64,000 nt of DNA from Squalus acanthias (Eukaryota), in assembly GCA_030390025.1 (NCBI GenBank), contig CM059433.1, forward strand, positions 14,138,001-14,202,000, given 5' to 3'. Below are positions 12,288 to 26,850 of the stretch, in pieces; position 1 is the stretch's first letter; each line of letters opens with the position of its first letter. A program made the translations under genes and the position numbers. Below the pieces are notes generated by a model. It was given only the letters and a program-made list of their open reading frames with translations, was not told the DNA's origin and searched no databases.

Positions 12288-13505
12288 TTTCCACAATTCA
12301 ACTCCTTCATATAAATTGCAGAGCCTCTGCAGACTCCAGAAGAATCAAGGCTGCTTGCAGGCCTTAAATCCAACAGCATTGATGACATCATCGGAGGCGA
12401 CTTTCTGCATGAAAAGACTCATTGGGCCAGTGGTTCCCACACGCTGGAAATCAAGTGCCCAATCAGGGGAAAATCCCACTTTTTCAACACATCACTTAGG
12501 AGTCAGGGTCCTGACACGATTTCCACCTGACACGCCCCAGCCCGCCCACGCTGACAAAATCCAGCCCTATGTTGCTCTGTTACTATATATAGGTTGGGAT
12601 CGAAAAGTCCCATTGAAGTGTAACAACCCAGTCAGCTAAATCAAGAGGAGAAACAACAACGTTAAAGATCTCCTTCAAAACTTGATCCCAGAACACCTAT
12701 TAACCTCAACGGCATAAGAGCTTGGGTTTTCAAAGTCTTATTTAAGTAGATAACTGCTGCCACGGCTTTTCTATTTCAACTGTCCCCATCAATCGGTGTT
12801 GTCCCATTTAATCGCAAAGCAGGAAGGGGTCAAAGTCAGGTCTCAATAATCGCAGACGAGTTTCACTACTACTGATCATATCAGAGCTCAGCGAGTGAGC
12901 AGCTCCTGCTCCAACAGCTTAAAGACAGCACTGTGCTATCTGAACATCAGTACAGCTTCAGAGCAAATCATCTCAAATCTCATACATGATCCAAAAAAGG
13001 ACTGATTCTCTTGCTGTACAACATGCACTTAAACACACAGCTAGAATCTTCTGTGGATGGTGTCCCTCACTTACTGAGCTGAGTTCCTACAGCACATCAA
13101 GAAATTGTCGAAATGCATGTGTGAAGATACAGATACCAACGCCACGATAAATCTTTTTCCAAACATGGCATTGGTTTTCCTAAGGGAAGTATGCTTCACC
13201 GCAGTCTGCTTCACACCTTTATCAATAATAATGACATCCTTCCACTTGCCGACGACACCAAGCTCGACAGGGCGTTTAACTCGGTAACTAAAAGATAAAC
13301 TGCAACTTTATCCCTGGACCCAGGTATGAGCAAATTTAGATAATGGGTCAACAAATGGGCCCCGAAATAAAGGCGCACCCATTTTAAGTACCCAGAGTGG
13401 TGAGCCCTGAGGCTCCCAGGATATTGGCTAGGAATTAAATCTAGGGACATGGCATGTCTATCTGGCTCAATGACTCACCGAGCCATCAATGGAGCCAGAC
13501 TCTAA

Positions 13506-14398
13506 GGGGGAAAAATTCAGTTGGTTGCGCCTCCCGTTAGCACCTTAAGAGGGCGCTAATGGGGCGCAAAGCATCTAGCGCCCAGGCGCGGCGAAGTTTG
13601 CGCCGCTCGCGAAATTAACTAGACATTTTGCGGCGGCGCTAAACACTACCGCCACGATCTCCTGCGCCGGCAGATCGTGACGTCAGTCGAGTGCGCAACG
13701 CCCCGGTATCGCCCCGGAGCGGATATTGAGTGGCGCCCCCTGCCTTACCGCCTGACGCTAGCAACGACAGGTTGAGGGGAGCGTTCTGCAGTCATGAAGG
13801 GAAAGGGGGAGCGCTATTTAAAGGTGACCGCTTCCTGCCTTTTATTGTTGGTGCCATTTTTGAACTACGCATTCTGAGAGAGAGAGAGAGAGACTTCTGG
13901 AGAGATTCAAAGTTGTGTGAAGGAGTTTTGGGTACTGAGCAGCACTTTGCAGGTTCATTTTGATTTGCCATTCCTTGTATCGATTTAGAAGAGATTGTGG
14001 GGGCTGCACTCTGAGCTCTTTGCCTGGTACTCTCCATTGTTCTTTCCAGCAGATTTGATGTGCAGGTCTCTCCAGGCCAAGATTCAAGGCTGCAATGAGC
14101 AGGATGTGGATGGAAAGCAAGATTAACCATCCCCTTTAAGAACTGGCCCATGCCATTGTGTGTGTGTTCCATTCCTGACTGACATTACATGAGCTTCACC
14201 AGCGCTCTGAGGTAGCGCCTCGCTCCTCGGCCTTTGCGCCTTAAGACAGGTGTGAAGCGCCTGATTTAGCGCTCCAATCACCTCCAGGGGCGATAAAAGT
14301 CAAGTTTGCAGTCTGTGGCGATAATTTGCGCCAGGCGCTAATCTTTGCGCCCGGCCGATAATTGCGCCCCAAATGGAGCGATACTGAATTTCTCCCCC
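13506..14398 (+). mobile_element. Harbinger-type MITE family M1, copy 1
   Basis: TIRs GGGGGAAAAATTCAGT / ACTGAATTTCTCCCCC with a TAA TSD on both sides. Near-identical to 45931-46823. Confidence 0.92.
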
Positions 14399-15274
14399 TA
14401 AGTTTATTCCAACAATAGCAAAATTGCCGTGCCCCCTCAACAATCTGTATCAATCGAAAAAGTATCACAGGACACTCAGACAGTGCAATTCCTTAGAACT
14501 CAGACTTTGTAAGCCTATGTTCAAATGTAGCACTAATCATCGTATGTTGAACCAGGGATGTTGGAGCATATATTAGGCTATAGGAAAATGTGTCATTTGC
14601 CCTTTGGAAATCCTATACAATTTTCTTCAAGGCTTTCTGCTCTGCCAGCAACCAATATCATCAAATTGAGAATAGCTGCCTCCAGTCATATCCTGTGGTT
14701 ATGATACCCAATATATGAAAAAAAGTCTCCACTCACATGATATGCTTTTTGTGGTTTAAAGTATGTCAGCACCAACACAATACAGGCTGCTCAATTTATT
14801 TGCTTCAGAATAGCTGTCACCATTATTGTAGTGAGAATGTGCAGGGTTACTTGTTAGCAGGATATTTTCTCAGTGTAGTCCCTGTCTATCTGTGTATGCA
14901 GTTTGAATTAGTCATTCAGTCGTGAGAGGAACTGATCTCTTAGAAAAAGACCAAGCCAAAGGCATAGAATAAGTGAGCAAAATTGGCCCTCTGAGAAACT
15001 GAATTAACTTCTGTTAAATCATTTATAAAATCCACTTGGATTGTTTTTGATGAAGTAATTTTTTTTTAAATGGGAGTGAAATGATAGCAGCATACCCTTG
15101 TGCAATAACATTAAGCCTGGTTCTGGCTTTGGTCATGCTGGTACAACAGCCGACAAATTAAACTTGACCAATAGTCAATGCCCCACAGTGGCCTCATTTA
15201 AAATGTTCTTATGTGCAATTGAATCCATCAAAAGTAAATAAATAATTTAAAAGAACAAATTTGGCAGATCAATT

Positions 15275-15650
15275 TAAGAACATAAGAACATAAGAAATAG
15301 GAGCAGGAGTCGGCCATTTGGCCCCTCGAGCCTGCTCTGCCATTCAATAAGATCATGGCTGATCTTCTACCTCATCTCCACTTTCCTGCACTATCCCCAT
15401 ATCCCTTGATTCCCTTAATATTCAAAAATCTATCGATCTCTGTCTTGAATATACTCAACGACTGAGCCTCCACAACCCTCTGGGGTAGAGAATTCCAAAG
15501 ATTCACCACCCTCTGAGTGAAGAAATTTCTCCTCATCTCAGTCCTAAATGGCCGACCCCTTATTCTGAGACTGTGACCCCTGGTTCTAGACTCCCCAGCC
15601 AGGGGAAACATCCTCCCTGCATCTACCCTGTCAAGTCCAGTAAGAACTTA
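15275..15650 (-). mobile_element. CR1 3' fragment
   Basis: MFPLAGESRTRGHSLRIRGRPFRTEMRRNFF..., with a (TAAGAACA)n tail. Confidence 0.92.
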
Positions 15651-18600
15651 AAAAAGACATGACATCAACTTGATGGTAAAGAGCATAATGTAAAGTCCTT
15701 AGGAGGTGCGAGTATCATTCTCTGTCGACAAATAGTTCTGAAACATTATATGGAGTGGATACTTCGGTTCTTGGGCACAGGCAAACTATAGCCTCAAAAG
15801 TGCTAACCCTGATAGCAGTGAACAAACATTTAATGCGTTTGTACAACATTCCTCCACCACTACTTTAATGAAGACAATAAACTGTTTATTTTAAAGACTT
15901 GAAAGCATTAAGCGTTTGTTCACTGATCAGGGTGATGACAATATCCAGGCTCCGGAAAGCTGGAGATAGCTGGAGGATGTAAGATGCAGATGAAGACGAT
16001 ATTTATGGGTGGATTTGAGGAAACCTGCTGAGTTTCTTTCTGGAAAGTGGGAACTTGTAAGAACTAATGAAAATCATTTTCAGCATCTTCTTGTAAGGAA
16101 CTGCTGCGTTTGTTCTTTTGATGGATATGACAGAATGGGAAAAATATCATTAATTATTAAACTAAAGCGCCACATACCTTGAAAGGGAAGGATACATATT
16201 ATTCCCAAGTATGGGCTAAGTCTGTTCACTTTTAAATGAGAAAGTAGTTGCATAGCTAAATATCATTGCAGTTATGTACCTCTATGGATTACCTCTATTG
16301 CCAAAAATATGTGTTGTTGAATATTTGGCACTGAATTTTACCAGGACCAGTTCCGAAAAGACCAGCAAAACGCTTCCTGTTCCATGTAAGGGATGCACTA
16401 AAAATGATTTCTCATGACTGAGTTCTTTCCACATAGTTGTGCCTGAGTGGAGTTCCATCGAAAAAGCTGTACTTGTGATGGGGTATGCCAGTGTTACTGT
16501 CCCCAACAATGGTATTGCTGGGGCTCAGTGCCAATCAAATGATGTGCTTTTCTAACAGTTTACCTGAATCCGCATTAGTACTTGGGTAAGTACATAAAAA
16601 TCAATTGCAGCTATTCAACGGTGACAATTGACACCGACTTTGCCAACAAGCTGTACACATTGCCAGGCGAACAAAGCCGACTTATCCCCAAACTGATCAT
16701 GTTGTTCATATTGGTATTTTTAAATTGTTGTTTAAAAGCTATGCTTATGTTTTACTTTATCACATATTTCTAGTGCGATAAAGTATAAATACTTGGTAAG
16801 TATACTTTCCCTCCAGTCTTAGGATCTGCCCAACAAATATCGAATAACTGCTAAAGAGTCAAATGCAGATGATATAACCTCTTCTGTTATTCAGGTTGTT
16901 AAATTGTTAGAAACTAGTCACATTGATATTTTGTGCATTGTCACTATCAATTTTATTAATTCTGTGTCAACTTTTGTGGGGTTCTGAGTCTTCATTGAGT
17001 CAAAATATAAATTGTGGAAAGATAAAAAGCCACTCAATCTATTCTACCTGATCTATTTTATTGTCCTGAGGGAATGTTCTTCATAAATACTCGCTGATCT
17101 ATGAGCAAAACTCTAGAATGTTCATATACCTCACCTGCTCAGTAGTCAACCCTACCCGACAGACAGCACTGCAACCACACTTTTCCCCATACATGCCAAC
17201 CGTATGCATTTTACAGATAATAAATGTGCAATTGTCTGCATTTTCAAACAAAAATGAGGGCTGCTCCCAGCTCTGACATACTGCTGTTCTTGCTCCTGGA
17301 GACCAAATTGTTGTGCCAGAATTAGTGATCCCACCAAACAATGGTGAGATCAGGAACTCAGCCACATGAGTGTGTAACCTTTCCCTATGGATTCACGTAA
17401 ATTCACCAACTTTTAACAGTCACAGATTTCAACCACAACTCTCTTTTCTATGTCATACTCGAGAGTCAATGAGCATTCATGTATGCCAGGGTGTTGTTTC
17501 AACCACCATAGACTTACTTCACATTCCTGAACCTTGGCCTTGGGAGAAAGAAAGCACTTTCTCCCTATACTGAGATGAGCTCAATGGTATGTAATAAAAT
17601 TGTTTGATTCTGATTCCATGCGTCAAATGATTTTAATAGAGAACAAGGTACCACCATCACAGATATGGAAATATTTTGGGGCACTCCAAGATATTTCAAA
17701 CAAACATTTTGCTTATTATATAATTTATCATAATTAAAAGCCTCTCAAACCCAACCACTATTTAAATAGAGCAAAATGACATCTCCTTGTACTAATCTGT
17801 CCATTGCGCATTTCATAGCATTCCAGGATGTCATTTTATGGTCCCTGCGTTCCAATAAATTCAGCAGACTTTCTATTTAAATATGCTAATCATATAACCC
17901 CAGAGATAACTATAGATCCTCTCTATTGCGAGAGAGGACATAGTTATATTTGCCAACAATCCCACAAAGCCAGAGGGCTTGTAGACTCTAGTTTCTAATA
18001 TCAAACACATCCTGCGTGGGAATTGGAGTAAAAAACCTAAAACCCTGCAAACCACTAATCTATGAATCCTTCACACTGATTTCATCAGAATCCCAGTTCA
18101 GGTGTTGTTGCTTGGCGCAATTACAGTGGTAAGCCAGATCTCCTACTTGCCACTTCTTGCATACGTTTCAGCTACAACGTTTAGTCTAAAATAGTGACGT
18201 GGATGCTTCTGCTTGTCGCAAGTATTGTGGTAGTTCTGGCAAACTTTCTTTAATATTACCTACATATGAATAGTTCTACATCTCCCTCTGTACGTTCGAG
18301 TGTACCCAAGAGCTACAATAGAGTTATTATACAACACCGCAACAAATACCTTCATGACTATGGATTCTGTACTCATACTTACTCATAGGGTAAATGTATT
18401 GCACCATTTAAGGATTTTGTAGACTCAGGTCTGGTTTAAAAAAAAACTCAAAATAATGCCCTTAAACGCTGTAAAGCACTTTGGGACATCTTCAGGTTGT
18501 GAAAGGCGCTACATAAATTCAAGTCCTTCTTCCTTTAAACATAATTTCCAAAATATCTGCCTCCCTGAACAGCCTGCTCCAAAGCTCTTTAGTACCAAAA

Positions 18601-19298
18601 CACTGAAAATGGCTTGCATGCTCAATTTCCCACAAAGGCCTTGAAATAACACTAGGATATGAGCAACATAATGCTTGGCATACTCATATGAAATGCCTTG
18701 CCTGCTATGGGTTAATCCACAACAAGTTCATGTCTCCATTAAAATATAAGACAAAGGAATTTCAAGCAAACATATTGAGCATTCATGTGCTGCAACTGAA
18801 TTGAGATCATGGTGAATGTCCACTCCCAGGAGTGGGGGAAGATCCCTCACAGCAAAGCTTTCCCAGAGGACCAGAATGAAATATTGGAGGTAGAGTGAAG
18901 ACAGACCTAAGGGAATAATACATGATATTGGAGCAAGAATGGACAGGGGAAAGGAGAAAAAAAGTTAAAATACATTTAAAACTCAATTTCCTACTTCATT
19001 CTTCACTTTCATGTGTTAAATGGCTTAAGACGTCTGCTGAAGTAGCAGACAAAATATCATATGAGTGTGTTCAGCATTTATCCACTTATATCACCAACAG
19101 TCATTTCTAGGCTCTAGTCCCCTCAACTGAAAAGAGACCACATATATCTTCAATTTCAATACTCAATACAGAACACAGCACAACCAACCTAAATGAAAAA
19201 AATATTGCTCTATCAACCTGATACTAGTTTATACAGTGGTTGTGGTCGCTGGAGCAGTCTAATAACACTATTGGGTTCATTGCTTATTTAAATGCCAT

Positions 19299-20882
19299 GG
19301 CCGGAGTTTTCCGGGGTGGTAGCGGGCGCGATCGGTGGCGGGTTGGGGGTGAAAGTTGTTATCTTTGACAGCGGGACGGGAACCCGCTGTTATCCTGCCC
19401 CCACGCGCCTTTCCCACAGGAGCGTCTGTCATCGTGGAGCCGACCCGACCAGCAGCAGCGGGTGACCCATTTGAGATGATTAACAGCTAGGTGTCAGACC
19501 CTTAACAGGCTTTTTTTAACTTACTTTTTAAATTTAACTGCATGGCCACGGCAACCACGCTGCTCAGGAAGCACATCTGTCAACCTGAGGCGGGAGTTAA
19601 GTGGCCATTGCTCCAGCTGATTACTGGACACCATCAAATGTACAGTAAAAGCTCCCACCTGACAGATGATCACTTTCCTCGGGCAGAAGCTGTTGCTCAG
19701 TCCATTCCCAGCACAGATTCTGCAGGCTGCAAGTGTTTCCAGCAAAGTCTCCATCCAGTCTCACCTCATTGGAAGAACTCTCTCACCATTGGCAGAATGC
19801 TCTGTCATCTCTACTTCACCTGCCAACTATTCCATCAGCATGGGTGCTGTTTATACTGTTTCACCTTGGTCCTCAGAATGGGACCACTATCAGCCCCAAC
19901 ACCAGCAGCACCAACAACAACACCAAGAACCTTCTCTGCAATCACCTGATGCTGCACAGGACAGAAGGCATCAGCACCCGAGCACACTGCTGCCCGGGAG
20001 GCCAGGGATGGCCTCACCATGGCCAGATTTACTTCACTTGACGCTGTACACCCTGGCTGCCACATGATGCGCCAGGTTGGCACCACACCAATACCAACAC
20101 CATAAAGTATCCCTACAATGACCAAGCCATTCCTTTCACACTCACCACCATTGCTGGAGGTACCGTTATGTCTCACCATTCACTGCAACTCACTAAGCCA
20201 CTTCCAAAGGTTCACACAAATCTGTCCAAGACCAGAAAGTGTTGAAAATAAAGGTTTTTAATGTTTGACAGCACATTAATAGAGTGCAGGAGTAGGGTAG
20301 GGAAGGCAGAGTGATGGGGATGTGATGAGAGGCACAGCAGGATGAAGTTGTGTGTGGCTTTGTACTAACGTTTCCTGATTTAATGAGATCATTGAAACAT
20401 TTGCAGCACTGCACCCAGGTCCTCCTGACCACATCTGCAATGTGCAACCAGGTTGTTTTGGTCTCCTGGGGTGGTCTCTTCCGCCCATCGGAAGGGAGTA
20501 GGACCTCCCTGCATGCTCTGATTCCCTCCATAAGCATATGGAGGGAGTCATCGGAGAGCCTGGGTGCAGCCCTCTGCCTCTGTGCAGTCATTGTCAGTGT
20601 TTGCAGCACTCCAATGCTGTGGTGCACTGACAGCACTATGTTAGATTAAACATCAAATCTAATGTGGCCATGGTCCCTTTAAAGATCACAGCTGAAAACA
20701 CATCATGAATGACGTCACCAGACCCGCACCATTTAATTAGGTCGGGTGACGCTCTGTCTGGGCTTAAGAGGCCCTATTGAGGGAAAGTAATTTTCAGCAG
20801 CGGGATGGAGCCACCAGCGGGGTCGTGACCCGCCACGCCGACCGCCCTCACTAGACCCGCCGAGGTAGGCAAAATTCTGGCC
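19299..20882. mobile_element. Non-autonomous Harbinger family H2, copy 1
   Basis: TIRs ggccggagtttt / aaaattctggcc. Myb exon on - (AQRQRAAPRLSDDSLHMLMEGI..RTWVQCCKCFNDL). Transposase N- and C-terminal remnants on + (MGAV.., AAREARDGL). Homologous to 33513-35282. Confidence 0.85.
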
Positions 20883-21064
20883 CATATTGCATCATGACCA
20901 ACATTGTGTTCCATACTGCTCTCACTGATGGGGATCTCCAGTGGCAGTATGCTTGATAGTTAACTGGCTGATCATGCATCTGAGCAATATTACAGAAAAG
21001 TAAAATGATAATGTTTAAATTTGCATTTCTCCCTTCTTCTCCTCCTTTCCTGAAGACATTGACT

Positions 21065-21430
21065 TCTCACTGCAGTACAGGTCGATGGACACTGGCCGCC
21101 CTCCAGTGCCTTCCTCAAGTGGCCATTCTTTATGTCTGGTTCCAGATAGTAAGCTGGATATACAATCACAAGGACATCGCAGCCAAGCACAAAACTGTCC
21201 TCACCTGACATCCACATACACTCACCTCCAGGATACTGATCAGGAGTGGGAACAGTGGCAAGGATCCTCCTCACTGACCAGGGGTAAGAGAGTTGAAGCC
21301 AATTCTGATGCCCCTGCTCTTGTCCTGGCTGAGATCAACTAGCTCAAGGCAGGCTAATGAGTGAACATTGGATCTTACTGGTCTATATGGCCAGTATGAC
21401 CAGTGGTCACAATGACCACTGCATTTGGCA
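21065..21430 (-). mobile_element. Old LF-SINE-like element
   Basis: rc contains agctagttgatctcagccagg..aattggcttcaa..cccactcctgatcag..gtggatgtcaggtgaggacag..gaatggccacttgagg, matching my recollection of the LF-SINE consensus. Confidence 0.6.
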
Positions 21431-21447
21431 GAGCCCTTAATGTAAAT

Positions 21448-21631
21448 GGGGGTAATTTTAACTTCTGGTGATAATATAAAACGGGTGATATCGGATTGAC
21501 TGTCCATTATACACCTTGCTGGATTTTATTTCCATTGACTTCAATTGAAAGGAAAATCAGGTGGGCTGTGTAACTGATGGCAGATCCGATATCACCTGTT
21601 TTAAACAATCGTCAAAAGTTACCTTATCCCC
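21448..21631. mobile_element. Short hairpin MITE
   Basis: Imperfect inverted ends ggggtaattttaactt / aagttaccttatcccc and internal symmetry around ccattgacttcaattg. Confidence 0.5.
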
Positions 21632-22202
21632 AATTTATAATGAAAAATTAGCTTATGTGCTCACAAGATTTCTGGTATGATCTTAACTTTAATATAGTCA
21701 GGCTGAATACCAGGGAGAGTAAGGGTAACTTAGCCCAGATTCTATGTAAATCTTTTCTCTTAAATTAGAAAGATACTTGAGCTTTCCATATTTTTTTGTA
21801 TATTAAATTATACACATAAAACCCCTTGTGCCTCGTGACCTTCCTTCTTGTGCCATTTTCTTTTTCTATGTAGCATACTGATAAGACAAAGTTAAAATCA
21901 CAAAGACAGGTACAGATGAAGTAGGCCAGCTTGTCTATCGAGTAAATATAGTAGCCATATTTTATCTCTTTTCCTACAGGCCTTGAGATGTGTACAGCAG
22001 TGGTGATGGGTGCCGGTCTCCAGGCCTGCGAGGCCTAGAGCAGTGGTGATGGGTGCCGGATGTTAGACCTTCTGGTTACTGTCCAAAAACAGGAGTCAGA
22101 AAGACCCCAGGCCCTGATATTTTTCCTTCTGGCCCTGAAAAAGTAACAACTTACCTGGTGGGAGGTGCGAGGAGGTAGCTGGCAGTCCGTTCTCAGATCC
22201 TG

Positions 22203-22668
22203 CATAAGAACAGAAGAAATAGGAGCAGGAGCAGGCCATTCGGCCCCTCGAGCCTGCTCCGCCATTCAATGAGATCATGGCTGATCCGATTATGGCCTCA
22301 ACTCCACTTTTCTGCCCATTCCCCATAACCCTTGACTCCCCTGTTGCTCAAAAATCTGTCTATCTCAGCCTTGAATATATTCAATGACTCAGCTTCCTCA
22401 GCTCTCTGAGGTAAAGAATTCCAAAAATTCACCACCCTCTGAGAGAAGAAATTCCTCCTCATCTCCGTCTTAAATGGGCGACCCCTTATTCTGAGACTAT
22501 GCCCCCTCGTTCTAGATACCCCCACTAGGGGAAACATCCTCTCAGCAGCTACCCTGTCAAGCCCCTCAGAATCTTATATGTTTCAATAAGATCACCTCTC
22601 ATTCTTCTAAACTCTAATGAGTATAGGCCCAACCTGCTCAACCTTTCCTCATAAGACAACCCCTTCCA
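22203..22668 (-). mobile_element. CR1 3' fragment
   Basis: KGLSYEERLSRLGLYSLEFRRMRGDLIETYKIL and MFPLVGVSRTRGHSLRIRG..., followed by the 3' UTR. Confidence 0.92.
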
Positions 22669-23332
22669 TCCTGCAGTCTGAAGGGACTGGACACTCACTC
22701 TAAGGTTGACTTTGAGTGGGTCCCATGCCATTTGAGTCTCTGCCAGGTAAATGAGGTGGGACGTGGGTTGACATCACGCTTATCTCATTAGCATAGCATT
22801 TAAATGGGTCGGCCCGGTCACAATGATGGAACATAATGAGCATCTGGATTTTTTCCTCTACTTTGAACTTGGGAAATAAGGATTCCTGAGATGCAAAGCA
22901 GAGGAAAATTGGCCTCATATGCTTTTATAGTATATTGCTCCTAACTGCTATCCAGTGTTCCCTGCTGGAAAGTATATGCACATGAATCTTGAGTGAAGAC
23001 ATGCTCAGGTCCATCGTCTGAGCTCATGCATGAGGTACCAAATGCACTTGATGTCTGTGGAATTGTACTCCAGCATGGAGCAGAGTCTTAAAGAACAGGA
23101 GAGATAATGGGCAGAAAAACAAAATAGTAAAATATAAGTCTAATCCTTGGTGAAAATATCAACTAGTTAATGATTCAGGCAGGTCAGTTATTTTAAACAC
23201 AATCCAATTGGACTGAAATAAATAACGAAGATATTTGTAAAATATAATTTATTACTTTAATACACTATTCTACATTGAACTAGGGCCAATTAAAAGAGAG
23301 CAACAGGACTCAACAAAAAAAAATTCTTCCAG

Positions 23333-23778
23333 TGTCAGCCGTGGCTCAGTGGGTAGCACACTCGCCTCTGAGTCAGAAGGTTGTGGGTTCACAGTCTCCA
23401 CTTCAGAGACTTGAGCACATAAAGCTAGGCTGACACTCCAGTGCAGTACTGAGGGAGTGCTGCACTGTCGGAGGTGCCGTCTTTCAGATGAGACATTAAA
23501 ACTGAGGCCCTGTCTGCTCTCTCAGGTGGATGTAAAATATCCCGTGGCACTATTTCGAAGAAGAGCAGGGGAGTTATCCCTGGTGTCCTGGCCAATATAT
23601 TTCCCTCACTCAACATCAGAAAAAAAGATCATCTGGTCATTATCACATTACTGCTTGCTGTGCACAAATTGGCTGCCGCTTTTCCTACATTACAACAGTG
23701 ACTACACTTCAAAAGTACTTCATTGTCTATAAAGTGCTTCAGAATGTCCTGAGGTCATAAAAGGCAAGTCTTTCTTTT
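23333..23778 (+). mobile_element. Deu-type tRNA SINE, near full length
   Basis: Head gtcagccgtggctcagtgggtagc, core cactgtcggaggtgccgtctttc and an L2-like tail. Confidence 0.88.
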
Positions 23779-24187
23779 TTTCCCTATATTCAACAATGTA
23801 TGTAATATTCTGACAGTCTCTCAGATTTTGCAGAAAAGATAAAAGTTAAATAACAACAGAAAATGCTGGAAAATACAGCCCATTAAAAGCAAAAAAAATT
23901 CAAATTTGATTTATGCTATTCTATTAAAAATCAATATAAAAAGGAACAAATATATATATTTCACATTTTGTCATTGCTATGGAGTTGAATCAATGCAGAT
24001 CTAAATCTCCAAAGGAATAGAAACTAAAAATGGGTGATCTAAAAATCTTGTTACAAGGAATATAATTGAGAGCAGAGTTGTCTCACACAAAGTGGTTCAA
24101 ATCATTCATGGCTGTAGAATGTGTTATCTGATGCAGTAATGGGCAATGTTTGGAGGATTTGAGTCTGGTACAACTTCTGGTTTGAAC

Positions 24188-24370
24188 TAAAAATAGAAAA
24201 TGTGGAGAAGGTTGGTCAGCATCTCAAAGGCATAGGTTAATGTTTCAGATGTCAACCCATCATCATTTCGGATGAGGAACTGCCCTAATGAAGGGTGATA
24301 CTCACAATGTTGACCTGTCATTTCATTCAGATGTTGATTGGCCTGTTGCGTATTCCCAGCAATTTCTGTG
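24188..24370. mobile_element. Old, degenerate Penelope-derived fold-back element
   Basis: Eroded versions of both arms seen at 53096-53322 (aaaatagaaaatg..ggttaatgtttcag..ctaatgaaggg..aatgttgacc..cagcaatttctg). Confidence 0.5.
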
Positions 24371-24519
24371 TTAAGATTTGCCTTATTTTCATTTTATTGC
24401 AATTGTTGGTTTGACTCTCTTTATAGCAATAATTAGTGTAAATATTTATTTCATGACAGGCTTGGTAGCGCTGTGGGCAAATAATCTACTTGATGGTATC
24501 AGGTGCTCTTTGAGATCCG

Positions 24520-25045
24520 TGGCCTGGAGTTTCTGCTCGATTGCGCTTTCTTTCGGCGCAATTCCTCCGATATCGGCGTAACCGGTCCAACAGATTGCGG
24601 AGTTTTAAGCGCAAATTGCGTTCAGCGTAACTCGAGTTTCCGCGATCTTTTGCGCTAGTTTTAAAAACAAGTTTGGCCCTGCCCACAAAACTGGCCACAC
24701 CCCCGGGTGGATTAATCACCATTGGGAGTTTCCGCTAATTGTGCTCGTTTGTGGGCCTTCGAGGAGGCTCCAAAAATTAAGCTGGAACTTTTGGGCGCAA
24801 GAGGCACTAATAGGAACATTTTAAAAGGTTTTGATTGAATTAAAAAAATTGTTTCTAAGGAACTGACTACTGTACCCCAATCTAACTAGAAAGTGGTTCT
24901 GTATATTTTTTTAAAGTCATTTTCAGTCATTAAAAATTGGGGTAGTCACAGGTGGTGAATTGACACTAATTTAAAATGTGTATTTTTTGTGATGAACCCA
25001 TTTTCAGCTGTATTAATCAAACTGCACCAAGTTACCTCTCTTAAA
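24520..25045 (+). mobile_element. MITE family M2, partial copy
   Basis: Aligns with the reverse complement of 33150-33512 and with 52850-53500. Confidence 0.7.
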
Positions 25046-26392
25046 CATTGGAGCTCCTGTGCCCCAGGCCTTCTTCAGGACCTGGTTTATGGTCAGTGCA
25101 GGTACACCCAGTGAGATTAAGCGCACCTGTCAACAAAGAGATGAATGTGGGCCCCAAGTGGGGGTCCAGGCGAGGAGTGGTCTTGGACCCTCTACGATCT
25201 GACTAAGAATTTTTTTTTTTTAATTTTAAAGGCAGACCTCCCCTAAAGATGCACCTAAATATTTACTCTGAGGGGGATCTAGCACACCCCCTCCTCCTCT
25301 AGGCTGGACATTCTGATGTCGTCATCAGGGCTTGGGGAGGGGGCGGCCCAGATGCACCGTTAGTTCACCAAAGGTGTGCAAATCATGGGACCTCCCTGTG
25401 ACCCCATAAACTTTGGGGAGGGGCCAGCAGAGGAGGTCTGTGGAGGACGTATCTTGGCGCTTATGCTGAGATGCACTGCCTTGCGGATTTGCAGAGCCAT
25501 TACAACATAAACAGAGTAATGGGATGCTCAATAGTGAGAGTGGAGGGGGGGCGGTGGAGGGGATCATCGCAACGTGCTCTCAGGTACAATTAACCCAAAT
25601 GCTCGGGTATGAATATGACTGAATACCCAGCTTAAATGGAGAAATCTGCTGCGGTGAAAGTTTCCAATAATTAAGTATAGGAAAAGTGTTAGCAGTAGAT
25701 AATTGATGCATATTATATTCATAGAATTGATTCAGATATCTTTGAACCCATTGAAGATTTTGACCCAAATAAGAATGACTGCCCAGATCCAGTTATGATT
25801 CGAACAAAAGACAATGCTAATGAGGCCTAATTATAACAAGCCGTAAGTACCAATGCACTGAGATCCAGGGTAGAGATGGGTGGCAGTATTCAACCGCATC
25901 CTCTGCTAATGCAAAATTCAGAATAATGCCAGACAAAGTCAGAAAATCTTTGATCCAACCAACAATCCCGCTGATGTGAAGTATATAATGAAATAAAGGT
26001 GGGAATCATCCTCCTGGACAGCGGATCTAACTGATAATGTGATCAGATTAACTATTCCACAATGGCTCGAATTAAAGATCATAGAACATTATTAATATAG
26101 AAGCAAGTTGAAAGAATCACAAGTTAATGTAACTAACAAATTTGATTGATTCCAGCTCAGACTGTTATCCTGACGACCAGAACCACTGATGTCAGATTCC
26201 CCAAGCATTGAGTTGTAAAGGGAATTTCTCTGTAGTTAACTTATATCATGGTAAATAATGCCAGTGGTGATGCAGCACCCTGGAAAAGATGGTGCTACTT
26301 TCTAAGTTTAAAAGATGTTTAATGAACTCCTTTGATGCCAGGGAAACTGATGGGTAGAGAGTTAGAAAACTGGTTTTCAGTACGAGTCAGTA

Positions 26393-26850
26393 AGGGGATC
26401 TTAGCTACAAGGACAGGTTTGAGAAGCTGGATTTGTTTTCATTAGAACAAAGGAGGCTGAGGGGTGATTTGATAGAGGTGTACAAGATTATGATGGGTTT
26501 GGATAGGCTAGACGGGGAAAGGCTGTTCCCACTAGTTGATGGTACAATGACTAGGGGACCTAGATTTAAGGTTTTGGGCAAGAGATACAGGGGGGACGTG
26601 AGGAAAAACGTTTTTATACAGCGAGTGGTGCGGACCTGGAACTTGCTGACGACGGAAGTGGTGGAAGCGGAGACACTCAATGTTTTCAAGGGGAGACGGG
26701 ATAGGCACTTGATTGAAATAAACTTGCAGGGCTATGGGGATAGAGCGGGGGAATGGGACTGACTGGATTGCTCTACAGAGAGCTGGCACGGACTTGATGG
26801 GCTGAATGGCCTCCTTCTGTGCCGTTATGACTCTATGACTTTATGACTCC
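26393..26850 (+). mobile_element. CR1 3' fragment (distinct subfamily)
   Basis: FSLEQRRLRGDLIEVYKIM..RLFP..TRG..., with a (TATGACTC)n tail. Confidence 0.9.

Larger units (their letters stand above)
9242..12567. mobile_element. PIF/Harbinger transposon (transposase mostly deleted, Myb gene retained)
   Basis: Ends gggtggtgatttt / aaaatccagccc with a 3-bp TAT duplication (9239-41, 12568-70). A transposase C-terminal remnant on + (~9950-10040, IAARDARNAFILARFA*) converges on the Myb gene on -. Confidence 0.85.

Noticed and set aside
13792..14172. 126-aa ORF recurring in the three M1 copies (also 59440-59973)
   Set aside because: Recurrence follows from copy identity. No domain is recognisable and the frame is disrupted in copy 2.
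16282..16590. Unique-sequence ORF or possible host exon
   Set aside because: No recognisable protein similarity and no convincing splice pair.
19666..20067. Gln/His-rich ORF resembling a transcription factor
   Set aside because: It lies inside Harbinger H2 and is a low-complexity transposase-start remnant.
23333..23410. tRNA gene
   Set aside because: It is the head of a SINE and continues into the SINE body, without a full cloverleaf.
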